This document shows, one piece after another, positions 1 to 10,623 of a stretch of 64,000 bases of DNA. A model generated the notes under the pieces. That model searched no databases and was not told the DNA's origin. It saw only the letters and a program-made list of their open reading frames with translations. Numbering within the stretch: the stretch's first letter is position 1; each line of letters begins with the position of its first letter. The stretch lies in the NCBI GenBank assembly GCA_963749655.1, contig CAVVOB010000023.1, positions 79,819 to 143,818 on the forward strand, given 5' to 3'. The position numbers were made by a program, and so were the translations under genes. The stretch is from Nitrospirota bacterium. Its GTDB lineage: Bacteria > Nitrospirota > UBA9217.

Positions 1-41
1 ACGCCGAAGGGTTTGACCGCTTTGCCGATCGTTATCAGCAT
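1..41 (-). CDS. rimM: 16S rRNA processing protein RimM, N-terminus (runs off window)
   Basis: Minus strand reads MLITIGKAVKPFG(V), the RimM N-terminal motif; lies downstream of rpsP as in the ffh-rpsP-rimM operon. Confidence 0.8.
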   Translation of the reverse strand, partial: MLITIGKAVKPFG

Positions 42-94
42 ACCGCAGAGAAGCGGATAAGGGGTTCGCCCTTTTTCAGTTTGCGGTTTTCACT

Positions 95-122
95 CCGCAT
101 TCCGCATTCCGCATTCCGCATT
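95..122. repeat. Short tandem repeat (TTCCGCA)n in the rpsP-rimM spacer
   Basis: ctccgcat tccgcat tccgcat tccgcat seen directly. Confidence 0.8.
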
Positions 123-129
123 TTAACGG

Positions 130-393
130 CTACTTCGCTTCCGCGTACTGCTTCATGACTCCAACCTTGGAGAGCAGGGTCTTGACCGTATCGGACGGCA
201 CTGCGCCCTTCTTGAGCCAGCCGAGCGCCTTTTCCTGGTCGACCTTGATCTCCGCCGGCTTCTTGAGGGGGTCATACGTGCCGACCATCTCGATGAAGCG
301 GCCGTCGCGGGGCGACCGGGAGTCCGCCACTACCAACCGGTAGTAGGGCTTCTTGTGGGTCCCTATTCTCTTGAGTCTGATCCGTACTGACAT
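130..393 (-). CDS. rpsP: 30S ribosomal protein S16
   Basis: [35 protein letters not shown]; start at 393 after a GAGG RBS. Confidence 0.98.
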   Translation of the reverse strand: MSVRIRLKRIGTHKKPYYRLVVADSRSPRDGRFIEMVGTYDPLKKPAEIKVDQEKALGWLKKGAVPSDTVKTLLSKVGVMKQYAEAK

Positions 394-492
394 TGTGTCA
401 CCTCTTTCGTTAGATACAATTTCCAAATTCGAATTTCTAAACTCTAAATAACTGCCTTTTAGGATTTAGATATTCGGATTTCGCGCTTGCCT

Positions 493-1828
493 TTAAAACG
501 GCATCCTTCCGCCGAACATCTTCGCCATATTTCCCATCTTGCCGCTCGTCATGGACTTCATCATCTTGCGCATGTCGGCGAACTGCTTCAGGAGCCGGTT
601 CACGTCCTGCACCTGGGTGCCGCTCCCCTTAGCGATGCGGGCCCTGCGGCTGCCGTTGATGACGGTGTAATCCGCCCGCTCCTTCTGGGTCATGGAGCTG
701 ATGATGGCGTCCACTTTCGTCAGTTCCTTTTCGTTCACCTGGGCATCAGGGAGCTTCATCTTCCCCATCCCCGGGATCATGCTCATGATGGATTCCAGCC
801 CGCCGAGCTTCTTCACCTGCTTGAGCTGGTTGCGGAAGTCGTCAAGATCAAAGGAGTTCTTCTTGAGCTTCTTCGCTAGCTTGAGCGCCTCTTCCTTGTC
901 GACGGACTCCTGCGCCTTCTCGATGAGCGACATGACGTCGCCCATGCCGAGGATGCGCGAGGCCATGCGGTCCGGATGGAACGCTTCCAGGGCGTCGAGT
1001 TTCTCGCCCATGCCGACGAACTTGAGCGGCTTGCCGGTCACCGACCGGACCGAGAGGGCCGCGCCGCCCCGGGCGTCGCCGTCGAGCTTGGTCAGCACAA
1101 CGCCGTCGAAGCCGAGATCGGCATTGAACTTGGCCGCGATGTTCACGGCCTCCTGGCCCGTCATGGCGTCGGCCACGAACAGGACCTCGCTCGGCTTGAC
1201 CGCAGCCTTGATCTGCTTGAGCTCCTCCATAAGGGGCTCGTCGATCTGGAGCCGGCCGGCAGTATCGAGGATAACGACTTCGAACAGCGATGCAGCCGCC
1301 TGTTTTACCGCGTTCCGGCAGATAGTCACCGGGTCCTGGTCTTCCGTTATGAAGGCGTCGACGCCGACCTGCTTTGCCAGCGTCTTGAGCTGCTGGACTG
1401 CTGCCGGCCTTCTCGTATCAGCAGGCGACCAGGAGGACCCTGCGGCCGTCCTTCTTGAAATTCTTCGCCAGCTTGCCGGCCGTCGTGGTCTTGCCGGACC
1501 CCTGCAGGCCCACCATCATGATGACCGTGGGCGGGTTCGGGGACAAAAACAGCTTGGCCTGGGTGCCGCCGAGCAATCCGACGAGCTCATCATGAACGAT
1601 CTTGATGACCTGCTGGCCCGGTGTGAGGCTGCTCAGGATCTCCTTGCCGACGGCGCGCTCCTGAACACGGCCGATAAAATCCTTGACGACTTTGAAATTG
1701 ACGTCCGCCTCGAGAAGCGCAAGCCGCACCTCGCGCATCGCTTCCTTGACATCGTCTTCCTTCAGGACGCCCCTGCCCCGGAGCTTCTTGAAAACAGACT
1801 CTAATTTCCCTGTAAGGACATCAAACAT
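493..1828 (-). CDS. ffh: Signal recognition particle protein Ffh (one-base frameshift near 1420, probably a sequencing error)
   Basis: GLQGSGKTT, DTAGR, TKLDGDARGG and Met-rich M domain; removing one base gives ...LLVA(A/C)DTRRPAAVQQLKTLA... and joins ORFs 1418-1828 and 493-1329. Confidence 0.95.
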
Positions 1829-1982
1829 GGCAAGTTCCCGATTGGCAAAGAATATAGAATATATAAAATAAGTCCAGCATTGTCAAGGATTTTCTCGATT
1901 ATTTTTATTATAAGGGGGTCGGCTGTTCCCTATTTTAACCCCAAAAGGAAAGGAATACCATTAGTTAAGTAGTTTACAAAAC

Positions 1983-2013
1983 AAAAGCCCCGGGCGGCCT
2001 CCCCGGGGCTTTT
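1983..2013 (-). terminator. Intrinsic terminator (bidirectional form)
   Basis: AAAAGCCCCGGG-loop-CCCGGGGCTTTT just after the DUF5666 gene stop. Confidence 0.8.
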
Positions 2014-2031
2014 CTGTTCATTCTACCGTCT

Positions 2032-3041
2032 CTATAACGATGTTTTGACCGTGACCTTGGAAGCCGTCAGGACGCCGCCTGCGTAGGTGCCCTCGACTTC
2101 CACGATGCTTCCGTTCCCGAACCCCTGGGGCAGGGTGATTGACGAGGCGTTGACCGAGATGCCGCTCACGGTGAACGTCTTTGCTCCTCCATTGAAATCA
2201 GCCACAATCCCCTCGATCTCGGTCTTGTCATTTTCTGAAGGAGACGACTCCACCTTGTACTCCACGTCGCTTGCAACGAGCGTATGGGTCCCCGCATTGT
2301 ACTGGCCGAGCGTGCTCTTGACTTCCACGAACAGTCCGTCGGCGATGCCTCCTGCCGGGAAATCCTTCAACTGGGCAGGACCGCTTCCGTAGTCAACGAT
2401 AAGTCCGCCGATCCTGAACGTCTTTGCCACGGTGTTCGTGCTTCCCGATGCAATGGTTCCCTTCAGCTCTATCTCATCGCCCGCGGAAGGCGAAGACTTC
2501 TTCAGCTCGATAAAGGTCGCATGGATCACGCCGGAGCTGTCGGTCATGCCGCTCACCTCCACGATCGGTGTCGTCGTGCGACAAGTGACGCAAGCGAGCT
2601 CACGGTCGTTCCAGTCGGAGACAAATGGGTGCTCACGTCCACCAGGACCGTCTGATCCAGGACCGTCAAGGTTGAGGTTGCACCTGACGCGACCGCGGTC
2701 AACGGTCCCTGCAGGTTGTCCTCATAATCGATTTCGGCGCCTTCTCCGTTCACGCCGTCATCGCTCATGCTGCCCTTAACGCTCACCACCATGCCGACCT
2801 GCAGTTCGCTTTCCCCATGGCCTGAAACGCCCTCCACCTTGATCGTCGAACCGGTTGTTTTATACTCAACGCCGTTCACGAAAATGCTTCCCTTCGCGGT
2901 TATGGCTCCTTTGCTGAAAGCCGGTGTACTGACGGTGCCGGTACCGCCGCCTCCGCCACTGCTACCGCAGGAAGCAACATAGACTGCGCTCAAACCCAAG
3001 GCTGCCAGAAAACTTATGATTGTGATTGCTCTTCTCTTCAT
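2032..3041 (-). CDS. DUF5666-domain lipoprotein (frameshift near 2560-2580)
   Basis: Lipobox VASC plus Gly linker; repeated OB-like units (G.I....F.V.G..V, LQVGMVVSVKG, VEVEG) split over ORFs 2553-3188 and 2032-2562. Confidence 0.75.
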
Positions 3042-3544
3042 GCTATGGTCCTCCTCTATCGTAGTTGTTGTATTGCATAAACGCATCCAATGGGATGCGG
3101 AGATCGCTTTTTCACTCCGGCTATGAAAAATACTACAGACGGGGACCCGCCCGTGCAAGAAATGGGATACCAAAGGTCCTCTTTCCAAAAAGCATAGGAC
3201 GTTTAACAGGCGATGTCAAGGGACAAAAAGAAAATCGTACATTAGTAGTAAACCACGTTGCCGACTGGTCCTCAAGCAGGCATTATGAACTCTTTTCAAG
3301 CGGTAAACACACCGCGGGGTCGAGATCGAATTTCGAGAATCCTTCCCTTAACTTATACAGGTTAATTAAAGTCCGGCTTGAGCACCGTCTTCCTTGGCCG
3401 ACACGCGGGACGGCCCGGCTTGCAGCCCGCCGGCGCCTGCTGCATATTGAAGCTATACGGCAAATGGTGAAGGTCCTCTCCCAGTATGGGGAAATCCGTG
3501 CTACGCCGGAGTCAATGCGCCTTCGTTAAAATTCACTGCAGGAC

Positions 3545-3604
3545 AAAAAACGGGCATTCTGGCTGCAGCTCTCGGGAGGGAGAGGAGCAGGAGCCAGAAT
3601 GCCC
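3545..3604 (-). terminator. Probable terminator hairpin
   Basis: GGGCATTCTGGCT...AGCCAGAATGCCC inverted repeat followed by a T-run on the minus strand. Confidence 0.55.
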
Positions 3605-3685
3605 TGCGAGAGGGGGGGGCCCTCTTTTCTGATAGAACTATGACGTACAGCTTCAAGCTGACAGCTGAACGCTGACGGCCGGTTT

Positions 3686-4552
3686 CTAATACTCCATCAC
3701 AACTTCATTGAACGGCTCTCGCTTGACCTCATTGCCCATCCTGTCGCGATAGATCAGCTCGTCGGTGTCGAGGTCATACTCCGGAATGTTCGGATCAAGC
3801 CAGCGGGTGACGAAATACTGGTAGAATAAGCTGAACAGATTGCCGCTCTTCCCGTGCTTGAATACATACTCCGGCATATCCCGCACGTTCGTACCCGCGG
3901 GATAATGCTGCATGCTGAGGTAATCGCCGAGAATGGCCAATTTGAGCAGGGGCACGTCCCGGTAGAGCTTCAGCCTCACGTTCTTCTGCAGGGCCTTGAG
4001 CCCCTTCAAAAAATCGATGCTCCTGATGATGTGGTCGCGAAAGCTTTCCGGCGTAATCTCCGGATCTGCGAGGCTCTTTGCGCGCGCGGTCACGCCGTCC
4101 TTCAGCGGATCGAGCAGCATGACCTTTGCCTCCCGGCAGTTTTTAAGGACCTGGTGCAGATCGCCGGCCGGATCGACAAAGGTCCGGTAGCCCGTTGAGC
4201 TGATGAGCATGACGTTCCGCCCGAAGCCCTGCTCTTCCTTGAGCTTCCTGACCTGCCTCCGTGCAAGAAAGGACTTCACGGGCGCGACATGATGAAGGCC
4301 CGCGGTCTTCGCCATCTGCGACTGTTTGCGCATGCGCCAGCTCCTGACCGCGGCGTTGATGCCCACGATCAGCAGGACGGCGGCGCCGATCTCGGTCACG
4401 ACGAGAATGAGCTCCTCGTTCTCCACGAGGGACCACGAGAGCAGCAGCTTCCTGCTCAGATATTTCACAATATCGGGAAGCGAGAGCGCCATGGCCGCGC
4501 TCAGTACGACGACGGAGATATGATACAGAATATGAACAGCGTTTTTCCTCAT
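3686..4552 (-). CDS. Hypothetical membrane protein (2 TM helices plus soluble C-terminal domain, possibly DUF5919/PLD-like)
   Basis: AAGGAGG RBS before MRKNAV; two hydrophobic segments, then VMLLDP...VRLKLY..P..KLAILGD pattern. Confidence 0.7.
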   Translation of the reverse strand: MRKNAVHILYHISVVVLSAAMALSLPDIVKYLSRKLLLSWSLVENEELILVVTEIGAAVLLIVGINAAVRSWRMRKQSQMAKTAGLHHVAPVKSFLARRQVRKLKEEQGFGRNVMLISSTGYRTFVDPAGDLHQVLKNCREAKVMLLDPLKDGVTARAKSLADPEITPESFRDHIIRSIDFLKGLKALQKNVRLKLYRDVPLLKLAILGDYLSMQHYPAGTNVRDMPEYVFKHGKSGNLFSLFYQYFVTRWLDPNIPEYDLDTDELIYRDRMGNEVKREPFNEVVMEY

Positions 4553-4652
4553 GTCCGCCTCCTTCATCTTTCCCGCGAGCTGTTCCCCCGGCATCCCGAG
4601 GATCGCGATATTTTGGAGAAGCTCCCGCCCGGGCAAAGTTGCTTTCGCGCCG

Positions 4653-5018
4653 TCATGAAAGCACGATCAGGGCGGCAGCGAGCAGGAACGCAAAGTCGGT
4701 GCCTGATGTGTTTCCTCCCCCGTCGATGCGGTCGCACAGTCTGACGATCAGTCGGAAGTCCCGGCTGTCCATAGACGCCAGCCTCTCTTTTGCGCGGGAG
4801 GGCAGCCGGCGGTTTCCGATCCTGCTCTCCAGCACGGATACGACCCTGTCGATATCACGGTCCGCCTCTGCGTCCTTCATGCGCAGCTGCCGCCCTGCTT
4901 CCCCGCTCACGGCAACGGCCCCTGCATGCTGCGGTGCGGCAAAAAGCGATTCAACCGCGACGGCACTCAGCAGGATTGCAACGAGCGGAACCAGCAGCGT
5001 CATAATGCCTCTGGCCAT
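4653..5018 (-). CDS. Hypothetical exported/membrane protein
   Basis: Signal-like N-terminus (MARGIMTLLVPLVAILLSAVA) and hydrophobic C-terminal tail. Confidence 0.6.
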   Translation of the reverse strand: MARGIMTLLVPLVAILLSAVAVESLFAAPQHAGAVAVSGEAGRQLRMKDAEADRDIDRVVSVLESRIGNRRLPSRAKERLASMDSRDFRLIVRLCDRIDGGGNTSGTDFAFLLAAALIVLS

Positions 5019-5101
5019 AGCTGTTCTCCCGTTGAAGTTGGCTGCGGAACCGGCAGCCGGATGGGGACCCGTTTCCGGCCTCTTCACGAATCGAAGCCCC
5101 A

Positions 5102-5347
5102 TCAGCAAACCCCGAGAAATTCCATGTCCGGCGAAGCGGTCCATTTGTTTTTGCCCGAGATCTTTGAAATGCCCTGCTGAACGCTGCATCTCATGCACTG
5201 GGACACCAGGGTGCTCTCATCGAATATCTTATACACGCAGCAGGTACACAAGCTCATCAGCACATCAAGCTTGCTGGATTCGATGCACTCTTCTACTTCC
5301 TTTACCATCTGTTCCCTGTTCGGGCAAAAATTGACCGGCATTTCCAT
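5102..5347 (-). CDS. Small Cys-rich hypothetical protein
   Basis: 81 aa with FCPN, CTCC and CMRC; first ORF after a sigma-54 promoter. Confidence 0.55.
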   Translation of the reverse strand: MEMPVNFCPNREQMVKEVEECIESSKLDVLMSLCTCCVYKIFDESTLVSQCMRCSVQQGISKISGKNKWTASPDMEFLGVC

Positions 5348-5427
5348 CTCTCTCTTTCTTTTTCATTCACGGACCCGTGAATCGGCGCTGCTGCCGTGGT
5401 TTCATTTCGTTTGACTGCTCTGTCTAA

Positions 5428-5443
5428 AGCAATTCGAATGCCA
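5428..5443 (-). promoter_or_regulatory. Sigma-54 (-24/-12) promoter
   Basis: Minus strand TGGCATTCGAATTGCT matches TGGCA-N6-TTGC(A/T) with correct GG/GC spacing. Confidence 0.8.
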
Positions 5444-5529
5444 GAAGCGCCGGAGACGCTGATCCTTTTGATTCTAAAAAGTAAATTGCTGCTTTCGGAC
5501 AGAGTTGGAGTTTCCGGACTGCGGGCTCC

Positions 5530-5628
5530 TGTATGGATTATCATGCAGCAGGGTGAGGAAAGCTTGCGGTGATATGATTTTTTGCAGGGATAATCAATTC
5601 CTTATGCCTCTGTATGAAATTGCATACA
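5530..5628. promoter_or_regulatory. Two candidate enhancer (UAS) sites for the adjacent bEBP
   Basis: 18-bp palindromes TGTATGGATTATCATGCA (5530-5547) and TGTATGAAATTGCATACA (5611-5628), about 90-185 bp upstream of the sigma-54 promoter. Confidence 0.6.
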
Positions 5629-5758
5629 GGAGCGATTATCACGATGCAGTGCTGTGGGCGGGAAAAAAAGACAACAAAAGGTCAGCATTGAGCTGTCAGC
5701 TTGAGACTTCAGGGGACGCAGGGACCGAAGAAGAACAGAGACGGGGTGCCCGCGCCTC

Positions 5759-7132
5759 TCAGTCGCTTTTCTTGAAATCAGCGGGATTGATCACGTATTT
5801 TTTCAGAAGATTATACAGGTCCGCCCGGTACTTTCCGGCCAGGTTTGCCGCGCTGGTCACGTTGCCGCGGGTCATTTCAAGGAGCCGGATCAGATAGCCC
5901 TTTTCAAAACTGTCCCTGGCCTCCTTCAGCGGCTTGATCGACTCTTCGGGCCCCGTCTTCATCGGCAGGATGAGGTCCTCTCCGATGACGTCCTGGCTGG
6001 TCATGGCTGCAGCATATTCGATCGTGTTCTCCAGCTCGCGGATGTTCCCGGGCCAGTCGTAAAACATGAGCCGCTGCATTGCATGGGCCGTGAGCCCCTT
6101 GATCTTCTTGTTCATCTGGTCGCCGTACTTCTTCAGGAAGTGATCGACCAGCACGGGGATGTCCTCTTTCCGCTCCCGCAGGGCCGGCAGGACGATGGGG
6201 ATCACGTGGATGCGGTAATACAGGTCCTCGCGGAACTGGCCCTGCTTGACGAGCTCGTCGATGTTCCTGTTCGTCGCCACGATGACACGAACGTCCACTT
6301 CGATCGGCCGCTCGCCGCCCACGGGATAGAACTGGCGCTCCTGGAGAACACGAAGCAGCTTTGCCTGCAGGGAAAGGGGCATGTCCCCGATCTCGTCCAG
6401 GAAGATGGTCCCCTCGTGGGCCTGGACAAAAAGCCCCTTCGAAGTTTTTATCGCGCCGGTGAACGCGCCTTTTTCGTGGCCGAACAGCTCGCTCTCGAGC
6501 AGCGTCTCGGGAAGGGCCGCGCAGTTGATGGCCACAAAGGGCTTGTCCTTCCGGTTGCTGTTCAGGTGGATCGCCCGGGCGATGAGCTCCTTGCCGGTGC
6601 CGCTCTCGCCCCGGACAAAGACCGTGGATTCCGTCACGGCGATGCGGGAAACGGCTTCAAGCACGCGCTGCATCATCTCGCTCCGGGCTACGATGTTCTT
6701 GAAATCGTAGCGGTCGGACAACAGGCCCTTCAGCCGGTCGACCTCGGTGGCGAGCCTCCGGCTCTCCAGGGCATGCTCTACATGCATGATCAGTTCGCGG
6801 GCGTCGAAGGGTTTGGTGAGATAGGTGAAGGCGCCGCGCTTCATCGCCTCGACGGCGCTCTCGATGCTGCCGTGGGCCGTCAGGATGATGACCGGCAGGC
6901 CCGGCACCATGCGGTGGATCTCCTCCATGAGCGAGATCCCGTCCTGGCCCACCAGCTGCAGATCGAGGATCGCCAGGTCGAAGACCTGAACGGCAACGGC
7001 CTCCCGGGCGACGTTCTCATCGGGCGCCGTGGTCACGGTATAGCCCGACGACTCCAGCCGCATTTTCATGAGCTCCAGGAGGTTGTAGTCGTCGTCCACG
7101 ATCAGCAGCGTTCCGGTCTTGTCCTTCTCCAT
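5759..7132 (-). CDS. Sigma-54-dependent response regulator (NtrC family, GlrR/QseF-like)
   Basis: REC domain, GESGTGKE, GAFTGA, FREDLYYR, WPGNIREL, Fis-type HTH. Confidence 0.95.
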   Translation of the reverse strand: MEKDKTGTLLIVDDDYNLLELMKMRLESSGYTVTTAPDENVAREAVAVQVFDLAILDLQLVGQDGISLMEEIHRMVPGLPVIILTAHGSIESAVEAMKRGAFTYLTKPFDARELIMHVEHALESRRLATEVDRLKGLLSDRYDFKNIVARSEMMQRVLEAVSRIAVTESTVFVRGESGTGKELIARAIHLNSNRKDKPFVAINCAALPETLLESELFGHEKGAFTGAIKTSKGLFVQAHEGTIFLDEIGDMPLSLQAKLLRVLQERQFYPVGGERPIEVDVRVIVATNRNIDELVKQGQFREDLYYRIHVIPIVLPALRERKEDIPVLVDHFLKKYGDQMNKKIKGLTAHAMQRLMFYDWPGNIRELENTIEYAAAMTSQDVIGEDLILPMKTGPEESIKPLKEARDSFEKGYLIRLLEMTRGNVTSAANLAGKYRADLYNLLKKYVINPADFKKSD

Positions 7133-7134
7133 GC

Positions 7135-7590
7135 CTATTTCCCCATCCCCTTCTTCAGCTTCTCGATTTCGATGTCCACCTGCTTCGCCTTCTCGAATGC
7201 CTGCAGCACGCTCGTCCATATTTTCGCCTCTTCAACCAGGGGGCTGTGCGGGAATTCCCGCTCCACCCGCATGAAATAGCCGAGTGCCTTCCGGTAGTCC
7301 TTCTTCGGATTCGCGTAATGGGCGCTGATGAGCCCCAGGTTCATGAGCGCCGTGTCTCCCGGCGGCGTATTCGGCGAACGGGCCAGCAGGTCCAGGCTCT
7401 CCTTGATCGCGCCGTCAAAGTCCCCCTGGCTCACCAGCCCGTTGACCCGCCTCAGGTGATTGCATTCCTCCACGCGCACCACGCGCGCGGGAGGCGCTTT
7501 GACGGGCACACAGGCGGACATGACGCCCAGCATCACACAGGCAGCTGAAACAAAAAGGTACTGCCGTTTCCCGGTTCGCTGAGTACCCAC
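7135..7590 (-). CDS. TPR-like lipoprotein (QseG/YfhG-like position)
   Basis: Lipobox MSAC and helical TPR-like segment; lies between the kinase and regulator genes. Confidence 0.7.
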   Translation of the reverse strand: MGTQRTGKRQYLFVSAACVMLGVMSACVPVKAPPARVVRVEECNHLRRVNGLVSQGDFDGAIKESLDLLARSPNTPPGDTALMNLGLISAHYANPKKDYRKALGYFMRVEREFPHSPLVEEAKIWTSVLQAFEKAKQVDIEIEKLKKGMGK

Positions 7591-8975
7591 ACTCTTCCTC
7601 CATGCGTTTGAATGATATGCTTCACGATCGCCAGGCCGAGACCCGTTCCATGGATCCTGCCCGCCCCGGGCACCTGGCGGAACTTGTCGAAGATCGCCTC
7701 GGCATGCTCCTGCGGAATGCCCGGACCGGTGTCGGAAACCGAGACGATGACGGTCGACTCATCGTGCCGTGCGGCAATGCGCACCGTGCCGCCGCGGGGC
7801 GTGAACTTCAGGGCGTTGCCGACCAGGTTGCGCAGCACCTGGAGAATCCGCTCGGAGTCCATGGAAACGTCCACCAGCCTTCCTACTTCGCTCACGAGCG
7901 AGATCTGCTTCGACTCGGCCAGCGGCCCCACTTCCTGCACGACCCGGGCGATGAGCGGCGAGAGATCGGCCCGGGCCAGCGTGAAGGTCAGCATCCCCGA
8001 TTCGAGCTTGGAAAGATCGAGAACGGAATTGACCAGCTCGATGAGCCGGTTGCTTTCCTCGGAGATGATCGTCAGCAGCCGCTTCTGCTTTTCCGTCACG
8101 TCGCCGCCCCGTCCCTCCAGGAACAGGTTGGTCCCCTCCTTGATGGAGGTGAGGGGGGTCCGAAGCTCATGGGACATGAGTGAAAAAAAGTCGGACTTCA
8201 TCCTGTCCACGACCTTGAGGTTGCGGCACATGGTGTTGAACGCCTGGGCCAGCTCGCCGATCTCGGGCGGCGAGGGCAGCTTCAGATCGGCCTCGAACAC
8301 GCCGTCGGCTATGTCTTTCGTCTTCTTCTGCATGATCCTAAGCGGTTTGGTGATGCTCCGGGTGATCAGGACCGCAAGGAGGAGGCCGAACACCAGGGAC
8401 AGAGTGCTCACGGTAATGGCAACGGTCCTCGCTTCCGTGCCCGCCTCGCTCAGCTTCCGCACCTTATCGACGATGGCCTGCTGACCCAGGGCCCGCACCT
8501 TGGACAGCTCATCGAGCGCGGCGCCGACCATCTGCTCCTTCTCGGCGTCGTAGAGTGCCTTCGCGTACGACTGCCCTTCCCGGAGATACTCCGCCTCCTG
8601 CGTGAACAGGTACACATAGGTCTGATGCAGGTCGGCGATGGACATCAGCGAAGCGCGGACCTCGCCGGACACGTCGAGGCGGATGGATTCGGCGAGCTTC
8701 TTCCCGAACTCTTCCTTGGACTTGAGGAATCCATCATAGAATGCCCGGTCTCGTACGATGAGATACTTCTTTTCGTACCTCGTTTCGGACAGGAGGTCGT
8801 CCGTCAGCTCCTTGTTGAGGCTGATGAGCGTGTTATCCGTCAGGATGATGGAGTGCGTGACGTCGTTGACCCGTCCGAGCTGCACGATCGCGTACACGCT
8901 CATGCCCGCCACCAGAACGAGCAGCACGGAATACCCCAGTATCAGTCTTGACAGGATGCTCAGTCTCACATACAC
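7533..8975 (-). CDS. HAMP-domain sensor histidine kinase (GlrK/QseE-like)
   Basis: 2 TM helices, HAMP, SHELRTPL H-box, NALKF, DTGPGI, GTGLGL. Confidence 0.95.
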   Translation of the reverse strand: MYVRLSILSRLILGYSVLLVLVAGMSVYAIVQLGRVNDVTHSIILTDNTLISLNKELTDDLLSETRYEKKYLIVRDRAFYDGFLKSKEEFGKKLAESIRLDVSGEVRASLMSIADLHQTYVYLFTQEAEYLREGQSYAKALYDAEKEQMVGAALDELSKVRALGQQAIVDKVRKLSEAGTEARTVAITVSTLSLVFGLLLAVLITRSITKPLRIMQKKTKDIADGVFEADLKLPSPPEIGELAQAFNTMCRNLKVVDRMKSDFFSLMSHELRTPLTSIKEGTNLFLEGRGGDVTEKQKRLLTIISEESNRLIELVNSVLDLSKLESGMLTFTLARADLSPLIARVVQEVGPLAESKQISLVSEVGRLVDVSMDSERILQVLRNLVGNALKFTPRGGTVRIAARHDESTVIVSVSDTGPGIPQEHAEAIFDKFRQVPGAGRIHGTGLGLAIVKHIIQTHGGRVWVLSEPGNGSTFLFQLPV

Positions 8976-9436
8976 CGCCCTCAGCGGCTTTACTCACCGG
9001 TCTCTGCAGGTGAAAAAGACAAAAATATATACGAATATATACGGCTGCTACTAAAGAAGGAGAACAGCGCGGCTTCTGGAGAGAGCATAATACACCAGAC
9101 CAATATTTTTTTTCCAGTTAAATGACGACCGCCTCATGAAAATCTTCAGTACAGCAGCACAATCCACCGGATTTTTCGTTCTTCTGTTGAAAATGTTGCT
9201 CCTCAATTAAAGATACCACCCTGCTCAACAAAAATTTTTCGCGGGGCACTCGAAGGAGGCCGGCGGTGCCGGTCAATAATCAACTATCAGCGGCAAGCTG
9301 TCCGCTACCACCGTTTTTCTCCCATGACGAGCGGCCCTCTCCCCGTTGCAGTCGTGAACGGACGTCTTGCTCCCGTGCCGCTGCAGCACCTCCTGAAAGG
9401 CTTTCGCTTTCAGAAGGCTTTCGGGTATAATAGCCT

Positions 9437-10423
9437 ATGCACATCCGCGATGTTCTCATACAGAACCCCCTCGTCCTCGCGCCCATGGCCGGGATAACCG
9501 ACTTTCCCTTCCGGAGGATCTGCAAGGAGATGGGCGCCGGTCTCGTCTATTCCGAGATGCTGAGCGTCGAAGCCCTGATCCGGGACCACAAGCGCACCAA
9601 GGGGATGCTCACGACCGACCCCGTCGAGCGACCCGTGGTGTTTCAGATCTTCGGCGGCAGGCCCGCATCGATGGCCGATGCCGCGCGCATTGTTTCCGAA
9701 AGCCCCGTGGATTTCATCGACATCAACATGGGCTGCCCGGTACCGAAGGTCCTGAAGAGCGGCGCCGGCTCGGCGCTGCTTCGCGACCTGCCCCTTGCCC
9801 GGGAGATCATGTCCGCCGTGGTCAAGGCATCGGTCGTTCCGGTTACGGTCAAGATACGCCTCGGATGGGACGCGAAGAGCTTTGTGGCCGTCGATTTTGC
9901 AAAGGCCGCGGAAGACGCCGGCATCGTGGCAGTGACGGTCCACGGCAGGACCAAGGTGCAGGGCTTCTCCGGCGATGCCGACTGGAGCATGATCAAGGCC
10001 GTGAAGGACGCGGTCAGGATCCCGGTCATCGGCAACGGCGACATCCGCTCGGCCCGCGACGCGAAGCTGATGATGGAGCAAACCGGCTGCGACGGCGTCA
10101 TGATCGGCCGCGCCATCCAGGGCAATCCCTGGATCTTCCGCGAAGCCCGGCACTATCTCGCGACCGGGGGCCTCCTGCCTCCGCCGTCGCCTGAAGAGCG
10201 GGAAGCAGTGATGCTCCGCCACCTGAACGACATGGTCAAAATGACCGGCGAACACATCGGGGTCCGGGAAATGCGCAAGCACCTTTGCTGGTACACGAAG
10301 GGGCTGCCCGGCGGCGCTGAATTCAGGGAGCGGATCAATCGCATGGATGAAGCGGAAGAGGTGAAGCAGGAGATCGGCGCATTTTTCGTAGGTCTGGAAA
10401 ACAGCGCCGTGGCGTCGCTTTAA
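9437..10423 (+). CDS. dusB: tRNA-dihydrouridine synthase DusB
   Basis: LAPMAGITD, DINMGCP, VHGRT, NGDI, MIGRA..GNPW. Confidence 0.95.
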   Translation: MHIRDVLIQNPLVLAPMAGITDFPFRRICKEMGAGLVYSEMLSVEALIRDHKRTKGMLTTDPVERPVVFQIFGGRPASMADAARIVSESPVDFIDINMGCPVPKVLKSGAGSALLRDLPLAREIMSAVVKASVVPVTVKIRLGWDAKSFVAVDFAKAAEDAGIVAVTVHGRTKVQGFSGDADWSMIKAVKDAVRIPVIGNGDIRSARDAKLMMEQTGCDGVMIGRAIQGNPWIFREARHYLATGGLLPPPSPEEREAVMLRHLNDMVKMTGEHIGVREMRKHLCWYTKGLPGGAEFRERINRMDEAEEVKQEIGAFFVGLENSAVASL

Positions 10424-10517
10424 AGCCGTTGGATCCCCCCTGCCTCAGTCATGGAGGGGCAGGCTTGCACGCCCGGTATGACTGCTGCCTTGAAAAAAGT
10501 CGCCGGAATAAAGCTCT

Positions 10518-10592
10518 CTGACAGGATAACAGGATAAAATCGGGATAAGATTCCGCTGAATTTCTAATCCTGTTCATCCTGTTATCCTGTCT
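10518..10592. repeat. Intergenic palindromic repeat (GACAGGATAACAGGAT...ATCCTGTTATCCTGTC)
   Basis: Inverted repeat seen directly. Confidence 0.7.
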
Positions 10593-10623
10593 ATGATTGG
10601 GTTCAATTTCTTCGAGCTCAACA

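Noticed and set aside
1410-1425. TGA in ffh as selenocysteine or a programmed frameshift
   Set aside because: The continuation is in another frame (one extra base), ffh is essential, and similar single-base shifts occur throughout the window, so sequencing error is the simplest explanation.
3074-3089. Possible sigma-54 promoter TGGATGCGTTTATGCA before the DUF5666 gene
   Set aside because: GG/GC spacing is correct but the match is otherwise weak and no UAS was recognised.
5611-5628. Shared TGTATG/CATACA hexamer between the UAS and the IR modules
   Set aside because: Opposite arm orientation, different spacing and no GTAAC part; likely coincidental.
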